Source: Yinghuangia sp. YIM S10712
Lineage (GTDB): Bacteria > Actinomycetota > Actinomycetes > Streptomycetales > Streptomycetaceae
Direction of reading: 5' to 3'
Assembly: GCF_051388935.1 (NCBI RefSeq)
Contig: NZ_JBPKBI010000009.1
Span: 121,073-180,351, forward strand
Length of the DNA: 59,279 bases
In this document: piece after piece, positions 17,943-27,149 of the stretch
Numbering within the stretch: the first letter of the stretch is position 1
Layout of the letters: every line of letters begins with the position of its first letter
Position numbers and translations under genes: made by a program
Notes under the pieces: model-generated
What the model was told of the DNA's origin: nothing
Seen by the model: the letters and a program-made list of their open reading frames with translations, nothing else
Databases searched by the model: none

Positions 17943-18207
17943 GAGCATCGACATAATGAACAGGGTGCACGCGCAAGGTGGTAAGTGCGTGGATACGCAT
18001 CGACGGGCCGGTTCGATTCGCGGGAGGCATGACGGTGGCCAGTTGTCCCCACCGCGGCACCGGATCGGGCTCGGTGCGCTTACTGAGGACGCGGGTGGCG
18101 CGTCCGAGTCTGCGGCCCGACCGGAGGTGCGCGTGACTGCCGTCAGCGCCACGGGATTCTCCGTGGCAACGCTTTTCCAAGTTGATCCGTCGGGTGGGGA
18201 TTCCCCG

Positions 18208-18666
18208 ATGGCCGAACGCGGGGCCATCACCGACATCGCCGTGCGCGCACTCGCGCCACAGCGCGGGTCGGTCAAGGCAGCGCGGGATTTCGGGCGCGAC
18301 ACGCTGGCGCGTTGGGGCGTCGCCGAGTTGTTCGACGATCTCTCGCTCGTGGTCTCCGAGCTGGTCACCAATGCCCTCTGCCACGGTGTCGGCGGGCCGC
18401 GGACGGACGACGAGTGCGACGGCCGCCCCGCAGGGCATCCGGTGCAACTCGCGTTGCTGCGCAAGGGTTCCCGGGTGATGTGCGCGGTCCAGGATCCGGG
18501 AGACGGCCTGCCGACGCCGCAGGATGCCGGCGACGGCGCCGAGACCGGCCGCGGGCTGCATATCGTCGAATGCTTCAGCAGTTCATGGGGCTGGTTTCCG
18601 TTGGCCGGTGTCGCCGGGCGCGGCGGGAAAGTCGTCTGGGCGATGTTCCAGGTGCCCGGGCAATAG
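18208..18666 (+). CDS. ATP-binding protein (anti-sigma-kinase-like HATPase) of a WhiJ-type cluster
   Basis: MAERGAITDIAVRALAPQRGSVKAARDFGRDTLARWGV...DLSLVVSELVTNALCHGVGG...GRGLHIVECFSSSWGW shows an SpoIIAB/RsbW-like N-box and G-box. The start was chosen at ATG 18208; the ORF extends upstream to 17941. Confidence 0.65.
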   Translation: MAERGAITDIAVRALAPQRGSVKAARDFGRDTLARWGVAELFDDLSLVVSELVTNALCHGVGGPRTDDECDGRPAGHPVQLALLRKGSRVMCAVQDPGDGLPTPQDAGDGAETGRGLHIVECFSSSWGWFPLAGVAGRGGKVVWAMFQVPGQ

Positions 18667-19010
18667 TCGAAGAAATGTCAGCGGAGTAGGGAAGTACGGC
18701 AACCCACCGTGCTTCCCGAACGTATACGGACGGCAACTCGCCGAGCCGTTCCGCTGTTATTCACCGATTCTTCGGCAAGGCCCGTCCGGAAAATTCGACA
18801 ACCGCCCGCGGCGAATGTCCCGAATGCCTGCCCGGCTTTGGGCGATTTGCTGACCGCTGATCGTTGTGAACGATTTCCGCCGCAATCGCGGGGACGTTTC
18901 TCAACCCTTTCTCAGGGGGCCGCGGTAATCGCCGATTTAAGGGCCCCGGACGCTGTGTGACCGCTCGGGGGCGTGCGCTATCATCGCCTCGTACGCTGCA
19001 TTTGCATGGT

Positions 19011-19026
19011 CTGATGCACGTGCAGA
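19011..19026. promoter_or_regulatory. Fourth copy of the TGCACGTGCA palindrome, between the HATPase and DUF397 genes
   Basis: CTGATGCACGTGCAGATAC. Confidence 0.4.
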
Positions 19027-19187
19027 TACAAACAGCGGGACACGGTGGCCGGTTGCCGGGCACGTGGCTTGACCTCTCGGGGAAACGCCGCGGGTGTGGC
19101 GCCGGACGCGACGAACGGCACAGGTGGTACCACCGGGGGTGGGCAATCGTCGCCGGTTCGCCCGGCAAGAGGTCCAGGAGACAAGTC

Positions 19188-19424
19188 ATGCACGGAACGC
19201 ACAACGGGATGCCGGCCGAGTCTTTGCACGGGGTGACGTGGCAGAAGAGTCGACGCAGCAACTCGCAGGGCAACTGCGTCGAGATGGCCGCGCTTCCCGG
19301 CGGAGACATAGCCGTGCGCAACTCGCGGTACCCGGAAGGGCCCGCGCTGATCTACACCCGCGCCGAGATCGTGGCCCTGATCCTCGGGGCCAAAGACGGT
19401 GACTTCGACAACCTCATCGCCTGA
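19188..19424 (+). CDS. DUF397 domain protein (WhiJ-system small partner)
   Basis: MHGTHNGMPAESLHGVTWQKSRRSNSQGNCVEMAALPGGDIAVRNSRYPEGPALIYTRAEIVALILGAKDGDFD is the canonical DUF397 signature (W.KS.S...NCVE...VRDSK.P.GP.L.F....W..F). Confidence 0.75.
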   Translation: MHGTHNGMPAESLHGVTWQKSRRSNSQGNCVEMAALPGGDIAVRNSRYPEGPALIYTRAEIVALILGAKDGDFDNLIA

Positions 19425-19630
19425 GACCGCCTGAGGTCACCCCGGACCGTTCGCCGGAGAGGTCCGACGACCATCGCGCCAGGCACCGCGATCGGGCCGC
19501 GCCGACGCCCCGCGCGACGCGGCCCCACCTGGTCGTCGGCCCGAAGCGGCGACCGACATTCCGGTAGGACGCCACGGTTGACCCCCTGCTCCGCACGGCA
19601 CCGCCCTGCGGACCAGGGGATCAACCGTGA

Positions 19631-20497
19631 TCAGGTCTCCTTGAGGATCCGGCCGAGCAGGTCCACACTGCGGTCCGGCGGCAGGCCGTCGACGCTGAGA
19701 CGCTCCATCACCTCGGTGTACTGGTCGACGTCGTCGCGCTTGTCGAGGTACAGCGCACTGGTCAACTGTTCGAGGTACACGACGTCCGGCAGGTCCGGCT
19801 CCGGGAAACGCAGCAGCGTGAACGGGCCGCCCTCCGCGGCGTGCGCGCCGAAGCGGAACGGCATCACCTGGATCGTCACGTGCGAGTGGGCCGCCGAGTC
19901 GATCAGGTGCTGGATCTGACCGCGCATCACGTCGCGCCCGCCTATCGGCCGTCGTAGGGCCGCCTCGTCGAGGACCGCCCAAAGACGCGGCGGACGCTCG
20001 CGGTTCAGGATGAGCTGCCGCTGCGTGCGCAACCCCACCCGGCGCTCGACCTCGGCCGCGGACGCGTTCGGCTGCCCGGCGACGATGACGGCTCTCGCGT
20101 AGTCCGGGGTCTGCAACAGCCCCGGAACAAATTGCACTTCGTACGTACGGATGACCGACGCCGCTTCTTCCAGGCCCACATATACCTGGAACCAGCTCGG
20201 CAGGATGTCACCGTAACTGTGCCACCAGCCCGTAGCGTTCGCCTCCCGGGTCAGGTTCAGCAGCGCCTCGCGCTCCGTTTCGTCCGTCACGCCGTACATG
20301 GTCAGCAGGTCCGCCACATCGCGGTCTTTGAAGCTGACACGACCCAGCTCCATTCGACTGATCTTCGATTCGGAGGCGCGGATCTCATACCCTGCCTCCT
20401 CGCGCGAAATGCCTTTGGCCTCGCGCAGGCGGCGGAGTTGGGAACCGAGGAGAATACGGCGAACCGTCGAGCCGCTCCCCGGCTGCGCTGTGGGCAT
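19631..20497 (-). CDS. XRE-family HTH transcriptional regulator with a C-terminal DUF5753 (WhiJ/Scr1-like)
   Basis: HTH LGSQLRRLREAKGISREEAGYEIRASESKISRMELGR, then a DUF5753-like body (LLQTPDYARAVI...). The start is at the internal ATG (MPTAQPG) at 20497 with a GGAGGT ribosome-binding site. It is divergent from the DUF397 and HATPase genes, which is the usual WhiJ arrangement. Confidence 0.8.
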   Translation of the reverse strand: MPTAQPGSGSTVRRILLGSQLRRLREAKGISREEAGYEIRASESKISRMELGRVSFKDRDVADLLTMYGVTDETEREALLNLTREANATGWWHSYGDILPSWFQVYVGLEEAASVIRTYEVQFVPGLLQTPDYARAVIVAGQPNASAAEVERRVGLRTQRQLILNRERPPRLWAVLDEAALRRPIGGRDVMRGQIQHLIDSAAHSHVTIQVMPFRFGAHAAEGGPFTLLRFPEPDLPDVVYLEQLTSALYLDKRDDVDQYTEVMERLSVDGLPPDRSVDLLGRILKET

Positions 20498-20927
20498 ACG
20501 TCCTACCTCCGGCAGAATGGACCAGCGCATAGTATGACAGCGCCATCGTGCGTGTCCCCCGAAACGCACGATCAACGGTTGCTTCACGCCATCTTGCTAC
20601 GCCCGTCGATCACGGTACGAGAGCACCGAGCTGACGGTGTGTCGATCCCGGTACTCTCCGTGGCACATTGTTGGCCGCTTTGTGAGACGCACCGCCGGGT
20701 CGAAAAGTTGTGCCGCCATCCCGAGGCATCTTCTCCGGCCGGACGACGAAGTTGCAACTCCCGCTTGTAATAAGCGTCCTCGCGGCGACATCCGGCGAAC
20801 AGCCTTCCGCTTCAGGCGAGTCCGAGCGCGGTGGCTGGAAATCGGGGGAAACCCGGGCGAGATCGGGGCCAGGCCCGGTGCGCGGTACGCACGGTCCGGT
20901 GTCGGTACACCGCCGTACGTTGACGCC

Positions 20928-22337
20928 ATGTCGTCCAGCGTCCAATCCTTCACGTATCTGCGTGCCTCGGCGTTGCACACGCACGAGGGCACCCCGCAAC
21001 TGTCCCTGGAGACGTGCGGCGGCCTCACGTCCCACGGACTCACACCGTTCCCACGCTTCTTCTCCGGATTCCTCACCGCGCCGGAGGCCGCGGCCGGCGG
21101 GCTGCTCGCGGTCGCCGACGTCGCCGCGACCCGGTACCACCAGCCGCAGAACCGCGCTTGGCTCGACCCCGTGGTCACCGGCAACGGCGACCGGCTGCGC
21201 TTCGAGTCCTTCAGCGGCTGCGGCGGCGTGTACGCCCGCCTCGACGTGCTGCCGCCGGGCATCGACGGCGACATGCTCGGCACCGGCACCACGAACGTCG
21301 ATGTCAACGCACCGCTGCGCGCGGCGCTGGCCATGGTCGGCGCCACGGACCCGCTGCACGTGGCGGTCGGCCCCGACGACGTCACGGTCACCACCTTCGA
21401 CGGGCCCGTGGTGGAGAAGAAGGTGCCGCTGCCCGACCGCTGGCTCCGTGGCTTCGCCGAAGTCCAGGTGATCGCGTCGCGGTTCGACCTGCGTGCCGAA
21501 ATCCCCGCGGTGGAGGCCGTGCGTTTCCTGCGCGCACTGCCCCGCAACGGACGCCAAGTGCTGTGGGTACGCCCGTTCGGCCGTACGCTCCGAGTCTCGC
21601 CCGGCCCTGCTCCCGGCGCGGTGTGCCTCGCGGGCCCCGACCGGCTGCGGGCTCTGAACCGAATCCTGCGGCACGCCAAGGCACTTCGTATATACGGCCC
21701 AGCCGTCACCGCCGGCGGCATCGGCGGGGCCGCCGCCGTCGCGTCCGCGTGGGAGATCGAACTGCCGGGAATGCGCCTGACATTGACGCTCTCCCCGGAC
21801 CCGGCACGCGGTTTCTCGGGTGAAGGAGCCGTGCTCGGCGACCTGGCCGCCGACGAGGCCGCGGCCGACGCCGACCTGATCGCCGCGCTGCTCGCGTGGG
21901 AACCCCGCGTCGAGGTCGGCGACCTCGCGCGCGAGGGCGGGCTGACCCCCGGACGCGTCCGCGCGGCCCTGGTCCTCCTCGGTACCGCCGGCCGCATCGG
22001 CTACGACGTCTCGGAGGCGGCGTACTTCCACCGCGAACTCCCCTATGACAGCGGCCGAGCCGAGCGCATGAACCCGCGCCTGCGGGACGCCCGCGCGATC
22101 GTCGACCGCCGCGACGTGACCCCCGACGGCGAACGCTTCCGGGTGGTGGGCACGACGGCCTCATACCACGTGCGGTTGCACGAGGACGGGACGTGCACCT
22201 GCGAGTGGTGGGCCAAGCACCGGGGCGGACGCGGGCCGTGCAAGCACGTGCTCGCCGCGCAGATATACGCGCGCCGCGAATCGGGCGCGGCGACTCCCGG
22301 AACCGCGTCGGCCGAGGCGGCGGGTGCGACGCGATGA
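20928..22337 (+). CDS. SWIM zinc-finger domain protein
   Basis: C-terminal CTCEWWAKHRGGRGPCKHVLAAQIY is a CxC...CxH SWIM zinc finger. The start was chosen at MSSSVQSF; the ORF extends upstream to 20637. Confidence 0.7.
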   Translation: MSSSVQSFTYLRASALHTHEGTPQLSLETCGGLTSHGLTPFPRFFSGFLTAPEAAAGGLLAVADVAATRYHQPQNRAWLDPVVTGNGDRLRFESFSGCGGVYARLDVLPPGIDGDMLGTGTTNVDVNAPLRAALAMVGATDPLHVAVGPDDVTVTTFDGPVVEKKVPLPDRWLRGFAEVQVIASRFDLRAEIPAVEAVRFLRALPRNGRQVLWVRPFGRTLRVSPGPAPGAVCLAGPDRLRALNRILRHAKALRIYGPAVTAGGIGGAAAVASAWEIELPGMRLTLTLSPDPARGFSGEGAVLGDLAADEAAADADLIAALLAWEPRVEVGDLAREGGLTPGRVRAALVLLGTAGRIGYDVSEAAYFHRELPYDSGRAERMNPRLRDARAIVDRRDVTPDGERFRVVGTTASYHVRLHEDGTCTCEWWAKHRGGRGPCKHVLAAQIYARRESGAATPGTASAEAAGATR

Positions 22338-25078
22338 CCGACACATCCACCGGGGAACTCACCTGGGCCAAGGTTCTCGACGTCCACCGGCAACGCGGCA
22401 GCATAGCGATGGTGTCCCTCCTCGCCGAGCACACCGAAGAGGAACGCCGCGCACTCGTCCCCGACATCAGGGCGCACCTCAAAGAGCGCGACGAGGACTG
22501 GCTCCGGTGGGAGCAGGTGACCGCCGACCGCGCGCTGCTCAAGGTGAGCGGCGCCGCATGCCTCGGCGGGCCCGGCGCGATCGCCCAGTGGCTCTCGCGC
22601 GCGGGACTGCGCACCGGCCGTGAACCGTGGGTGCGCGACCGTGTCGTGCAAGCTCTCGCGATCCGGCCCGCCACGTGGCTGCCCGACATCGCGCGCAGGC
22701 TGGCCGACCGGCTCTCGGACACCGCGGACCAGGACGAATGGGCCCTCGTCGACCAGCTCTTCCGCGAGCAGAAACTGCCGCCGCCGACCAACGCGCACTA
22801 CGTACGCGGGTGGTTCGACGGCCACACTTTCGACAGGTCCGCCGCGCACCTGGTGCAACTGCTGCACGCCGACCCCTACACGCCCGCGATGTTGCTGCTG
22901 CTCTTCGAGGTCGACGAGATCGGCCGGCGCATCGACAACAACGACCGGTGGCGCGACGACCGCCCCGAGGCGCAGTGGGCGCACGCCGTGGCCAGTCTCG
23001 TACGCAGCGACGGAATCGACCGTGCGACCGTGGTGGACGCCTGCCTGTCGCGGCTGCTGCGCGGCGTACCCGCGGCCGACGCCCGGGGGTTCGTTCGCGT
23101 GTACCAGGCGCTCGCGGTCACCGACGACGAGGTCGCCGCGCGTACCGTAACGTTTCTGCGCCTGCTGCCGGACGCTCCTTCGACCGTGGCCCAGATCGCC
23201 CAGGCCGCCCTGCGGCGGCTGGACGACGCAGGCAGGTTGTCGGCGGATCAGGTCGTCGAGGCCACCCGCTCGGTGCTGTTCCGACCCGAGAAGAAGCTGG
23301 TGCGCGCGCAGTTCACGTGGCTCGACAAGGCGGTCCCTCGGCACCGCGGCCAGGCGGGGGAACTGCTCGCGGCGGCGACCTCGGTCTTCACGCAGAGCGC
23401 CGCCGACCTGCACGACCGGGCCCTCAAATGCCTGGCGCGGCACCTGCCCAAGCTGACGGATGATCAGACCGTTTCGGTACGGGCCGAGTTGCGGGCGTCC
23501 CTGGACATGCTCGGCGGTCCCGCGCGCATGGAGGCCGCGGCATTGCTCGGCGAGGAGCCGGCGGCCGTATCGGTCGAGGCTCCCGGCCCTCCGCCTTTCG
23601 TACCACGCGAACTCCCGGACGAAATCGGTTCGTTGGACGAGCTGGCCGAGGAGTTCGCCGCGACGATCACCGGCCGGTCGAGCGGCGACTGGTGGTCGCA
23701 GGCCGCGCCGACCGATCCGTGGTCGGTCGAACGCCTCGTCACCGCCGTGCTGCGGGAGAGCGCACGCGACCGCGAGGCACTCGCGGCAGCCCTGGGGCCG
23801 ACGGCGGATCGCTTCGATCCGGTGGTCCACCAGTACCGCGCTTCGCGGGGCGACGCGCCCACCGAGGTCCGCTCCGCCATGTGCCACATCCTTCGGGCCG
23901 CGTGCGGGCAGGGCGGCGGCCAGGGATGGTTCCGCGGCCTCTTCGGAAAGGGCGCGCCGGCCCCGAAGTTCCCGAGCACTCTGAGCGGCCCGCAACGGGC
24001 CCTGATGACGCGGCTGCACGAGATCGCCCAGCGGCTGCGTACGCCCCGCCCCGGCCCGCACCTGGCCCGCCCGGCCACGGCCGCCGGCTGCGTCGACCCC
24101 GCCCGGTTCGTCCGCGAGCTCGAAGAGTACGAGGCGTCGGGGCGCACGCCGTGGGCCGCCGATTTCGAGCAGGCGCTGCTGCGCCTGCCCCGCGACCTCG
24201 ACCCGGATGTGGTCGCCCGCGCCGGCAGGTTGTCGTCCCCGGCCGGCACGACGGCCTGGGAGGTCATGGTGTCCGGCGGCGTGCTCGACCCGAAGGTGAC
24301 GCCCGGGCACGGCCGACGTCCGCTGGGGCTCTGGGAGCGCCGTGACCCGAGCGTCGACGCCGAGCACTACCGCGTCGCGGACATCGGCTCCGTCCCCGAG
24401 CCGTTCGCAAGCGGCTTGCTGGCGCCCTGCCTGTTCGACGTGGACAACGTGGGGCGGGCCTTCGACAGCGGGTTCTTCCACGAGTGGCACTTGGACATCC
24501 GATGCTGGCCGATGGTCATGCCCGGCCACCGCGATGTCGTCGCCGCGCACATGATCTCCGCGCTCATGTGTGCTCCGGCGGGGAGCCAGGGCGGCTGCGA
24601 AGCGCTGCCGTACCTCGCGGAAGCCGACGGGCCGGCCGGCGACGGCCTGGCGACGGCACTCGCCTACGGCCTCGTCGCCCGCACGGCCGAGGACCGGATG
24701 GCCGCCACCGACGCCTTCGTCACGATGGCGTCCCGCGACGACGCCTGGGACGCGGGTGCGGTCGGTGTCGCCGTCGCCGACCTGACCCGACTCGGGCACG
24801 CGAAGGCGAACCGCCTGCACGACTCGCTGCGCCAGGCCGTGGACACGGGGGCGCACGCGGCCGTCTGGCAGGTCATGACCGGTCTGTTGCCGGAGCTGTT
24901 CACCGGCGATGCGAAGGTGACGCGTCTGGGCGACCTCGTGGGGCTCGCCGCCGAGTGCGCCTCGCGCGCGGGTGCCCGCGGCGCCTTGGAGGGTTTGGAG
25001 CGGTATGCGACCCCGAAGGGTTCCTCGCGCGTCGCCGTCGAGGCGCGGCGCCTGCACACGGTGCTGTCGGGGGCGTGA
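22334..25078 (+). CDS. Large (914 aa) conserved hypothetical protein, translationally coupled to the SWIM gene
   Basis: The start MTDTSTGELTWAKV overlaps the SWIM stop codon (ATGA). The protein is long, helical and Ala/Leu/Arg rich. It may be DUF4132-like, by analogy to the E. coli yeh locus, but this is unverified. Confidence 0.65.
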   Translation: MTDTSTGELTWAKVLDVHRQRGSIAMVSLLAEHTEEERRALVPDIRAHLKERDEDWLRWEQVTADRALLKVSGAACLGGPGAIAQWLSRAGLRTGREPWVRDRVVQALAIRPATWLPDIARRLADRLSDTADQDEWALVDQLFREQKLPPPTNAHYVRGWFDGHTFDRSAAHLVQLLHADPYTPAMLLLLFEVDEIGRRIDNNDRWRDDRPEAQWAHAVASLVRSDGIDRATVVDACLSRLLRGVPAADARGFVRVYQALAVTDDEVAARTVTFLRLLPDAPSTVAQIAQAALRRLDDAGRLSADQVVEATRSVLFRPEKKLVRAQFTWLDKAVPRHRGQAGELLAAATSVFTQSAADLHDRALKCLARHLPKLTDDQTVSVRAELRASLDMLGGPARMEAAALLGEEPAAVSVEAPGPPPFVPRELPDEIGSLDELAEEFAATITGRSSGDWWSQAAPTDPWSVERLVTAVLRESARDREALAAALGPTADRFDPVVHQYRASRGDAPTEVRSAMCHILRAACGQGGGQGWFRGLFGKGAPAPKFPSTLSGPQRALMTRLHEIAQRLRTPRPGPHLARPATAAGCVDPARFVRELEEYEASGRTPWAADFEQALLRLPRDLDPDVVARAGRLSSPAGTTAWEVMVSGGVLDPKVTPGHGRRPLGLWERRDPSVDAEHYRVADIGSVPEPFASGLLAPCLFDVDNVGRAFDSGFFHEWHLDIRCWPMVMPGHRDVVAAHMISALMCAPAGSQGGCEALPYLAEADGPAGDGLATALAYGLVARTAEDRMAATDAFVTMASRDDAWDAGAVGVAVADLTRLGHAKANRLHDSLRQAVDTGAHAAVWQVMTGLLPELFTGDAKVTRLGDLVGLAAECASRAGARGALEGLERYATPKGSSRVAVEARRLHTVLSGA

Positions 25079-25222
25079 CCAGGGGTGCCCCGCGCGGCGG
25101 GTCGACGCGACGGCGTTCGACCCGGCGGCGGGACCGCGGCTTGGACCCGGTCGTTCGCGCCCCCGTGACGAAGCCGTCTCCGGTCCTGCGGGACGGCCGC
25201 GGCACGGGGGCGGCGACGCAAC

Positions 25223-25885
25223 CTAGTCGCGCACTCGGGCGAAAGTCAGACCGTCGGCGATCGGGAGGACGACGGCCTCGACGCGCGGGTCGGCGCGGAC
25301 GTGCTCGTTGAAGCGGTGGATCGCCTCGGCAGGGCCGGAGCGGTCGGCCTTGACCACGTCTCCGCTGTAGAGGACGTTGTCGGCCAGGATCAGGCCGCCC
25401 GGGCGCATCCGGGGGACGAGCGCCTCCCAGTAGCCGATGTAGCCGCCTTTGTCGGCGTCGATGAAGGCCAGGTCGATGTGCGGGGACGACTTGAGGCTGT
25501 CGAGGGTCTCGATCGCCGGTGCGATGCGGAGCTCGATGCGGTCTGTGACACCGGCGGCGAGCCACGCCTCACGGGCGGTGCGCGTCCATTCCTCGGACAC
25601 GTCGCAGCACAGCAGCCTGCCGCCGTCCGGGAGGCCGCGGGCGATGGCGAGGGCCGAGTAGCCGGTGAAGGTGCCGATCTCGACCGCGAAGCGCGGGGCG
25701 ATGAGCTTGGTCAGTAGGGTGAGCAGGGTGCCCTGCTCGGGAGGGATCTGCATGACCGCGCTGGGCCCGAGTGACGCGTGGGTGCGTTCGATCAGGTCCT
25801 GCTGGACCGAGTCCGGGGGAGTCGAGTGGTCGAGGATGTACGAGTAGAGCTCTTCGCTCATCGGAACGGTCTTCGACGACGCCAT
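25223..25885 (-). CDS. Class I SAM-dependent O-methyltransferase (caffeoyl-CoA OMT-like)
   Basis: VEIGTFTGYSALAIARGL (SAM motif I), DLAFIDADKGGY and LADNVL are typical of the cation-dependent OMT family. Confidence 0.8.
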   Translation of the reverse strand: MASSKTVPMSEELYSYILDHSTPPDSVQQDLIERTHASLGPSAVMQIPPEQGTLLTLLTKLIAPRFAVEIGTFTGYSALAIARGLPDGGRLLCCDVSEEWTRTAREAWLAAGVTDRIELRIAPAIETLDSLKSSPHIDLAFIDADKGGYIGYWEALVPRMRPGGLILADNVLYSGDVVKADRSGPAEAIHRFNEHVRADPRVEAVVLPIADGLTFARVRD

Positions 25886-25964
25886 GGCGCTCCTCAGCAG
25901 AAGGTCGTGGGCCGATCCTGCCAGAGTCCGACCGCATCGAATCGCCGAAGGACAGGAAGCGACC

Positions 25965-26408
25965 ATGACTGACACACACAACACGCCCGACCAGCCCGAG
26001 CCGTCGAACCGGTCTCAGGCCGACGACACCGACGAAGCGGCGATGCAGGAACTGGCCGCGCGGGTCTTCGCCGCGGCCCGGGGCGGGGACGCCGAGATGC
26101 TGGCGAGCTATGTGGACGCAGGGCTGCCCGTGGACACCGCGAACCAGGCGGGCGACACGCTGCTGATGCTGTCCACGTACCACGGGCACCTGGCGACCGT
26201 GGAGGTCCTCCTGGGGCGCGGCGCCGACCCCAATCGTGCGAACGCCAAGGGCATGACGCCGCTGTCCGGGGCCGTGTTCAAGAACCAGCCGGAGATCGTC
26301 CGGGCGCTGCTGGACGCCGGAGCCGACCCGCACGCCGGCCGCCCGTCCGCTGCCGAAACCGCCCGCTACTTCGGCAAAGAGGACATGCTTTCGCGTCCCG
26401 CCGGGTAA
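25965..26408 (+). CDS. Ankyrin-repeat protein
   Basis: GDTLLMLSTYHGHLATVEVLLGRGADPNRANAKGMTPLSGAVFKNQPEIVRALLDAGADP contains two or three ankyrin repeats. Confidence 0.7.
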   Translation: MTDTHNTPDQPEPSNRSQADDTDEAAMQELAARVFAAARGGDAEMLASYVDAGLPVDTANQAGDTLLMLSTYHGHLATVEVLLGRGADPNRANAKGMTPLSGAVFKNQPEIVRALLDAGADPHAGRPSAAETARYFGKEDMLSRPAG

Positions 26409-26442
26409 ACCGCCTTCGCCGGGGGGCGGGGAGGCGGAAGCG

Positions 26443-27138
26443 ATGGGCGGAAGCGAGCCGGGTGCGTGGGACAGCCTCACGCGCTTCGAGTTCGGTGCGG
26501 GGCTCCTCCACGTACGCTCCGATCTGCCCATCGCGACCGACGGTTCCTTCACGCCCTGGAGCTACCGCTACCACGGACTGGTGCTCCGGGTGCCGGGGAT
26601 CCGCCGGGTCCGCCGCTTCGAGCTCGCCGGAGCCTTCGCGGCCGGCGAGTCCGCCCGGCCCGACCAGGGCGAGCAACTTCCCGATCCCGCGCGGTTCCTG
26701 ACGTTGTACGACCTCAAGCACCCCGCGGTTCTCGACTCGGCGGAGTTCCGCCTCCTGGCGGCGAACGACGGTGCCACGCCCAGCCAGTTGGTGGACGAAC
26801 TCAACGGCACCCGCCTGGTGTGCCGCGAGCGGCGGCGCTGGCCGTCCGTGTCGATCGCCCGGCTCTTTCCGGCGGGCGACAAACTGCTGCACCTCGCGGT
26901 CGGCGGCGAAACGTCGGCTGTGGAGCGCTGGTTGGAGTCCGAGGCGGTGCCGGAGCTGCTGCCGGCGGTCGGGGCGGTCGGCGTCCGGTGGTTCGACGCG
27001 GGCGAGGGCAAACATGTGGTGTTGTGCGAACTCCAGGGGCCCATCTGGCCGTTGCCGCCGAGCGTCGCGCACGACCTGGGGCCGGCGGTGTGGAGTGCCT
27101 ACCGGCAGGAGTACGTGCGCAACGCGCCGGGCGAGTGA
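26443..27138 (+). CDS. Hypothetical protein (231 aa)
   Basis: Protein-like ORF. The sequence GGGGAGG lies just upstream of the ATG. I recognise no family. Confidence 0.5.
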   Translation: MGGSEPGAWDSLTRFEFGAGLLHVRSDLPIATDGSFTPWSYRYHGLVLRVPGIRRVRRFELAGAFAAGESARPDQGEQLPDPARFLTLYDLKHPAVLDSAEFRLLAANDGATPSQLVDELNGTRLVCRERRRWPSVSIARLFPAGDKLLHLAVGGETSAVERWLESEAVPELLPAVGAVGVRWFDAGEGKHVVLCELQGPIWPLPPSVAHDLGPAVWSAYRQEYVRNAPGE

Positions 27139-27149
27139 TCCGCCCCCGG

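Noticed and set aside
22043-25057. 1004-aa ORF on the minus strand
   Set aside because: It is the antisense shadow of the 914-aa SWIM-partner gene. It has no motifs and junk composition.
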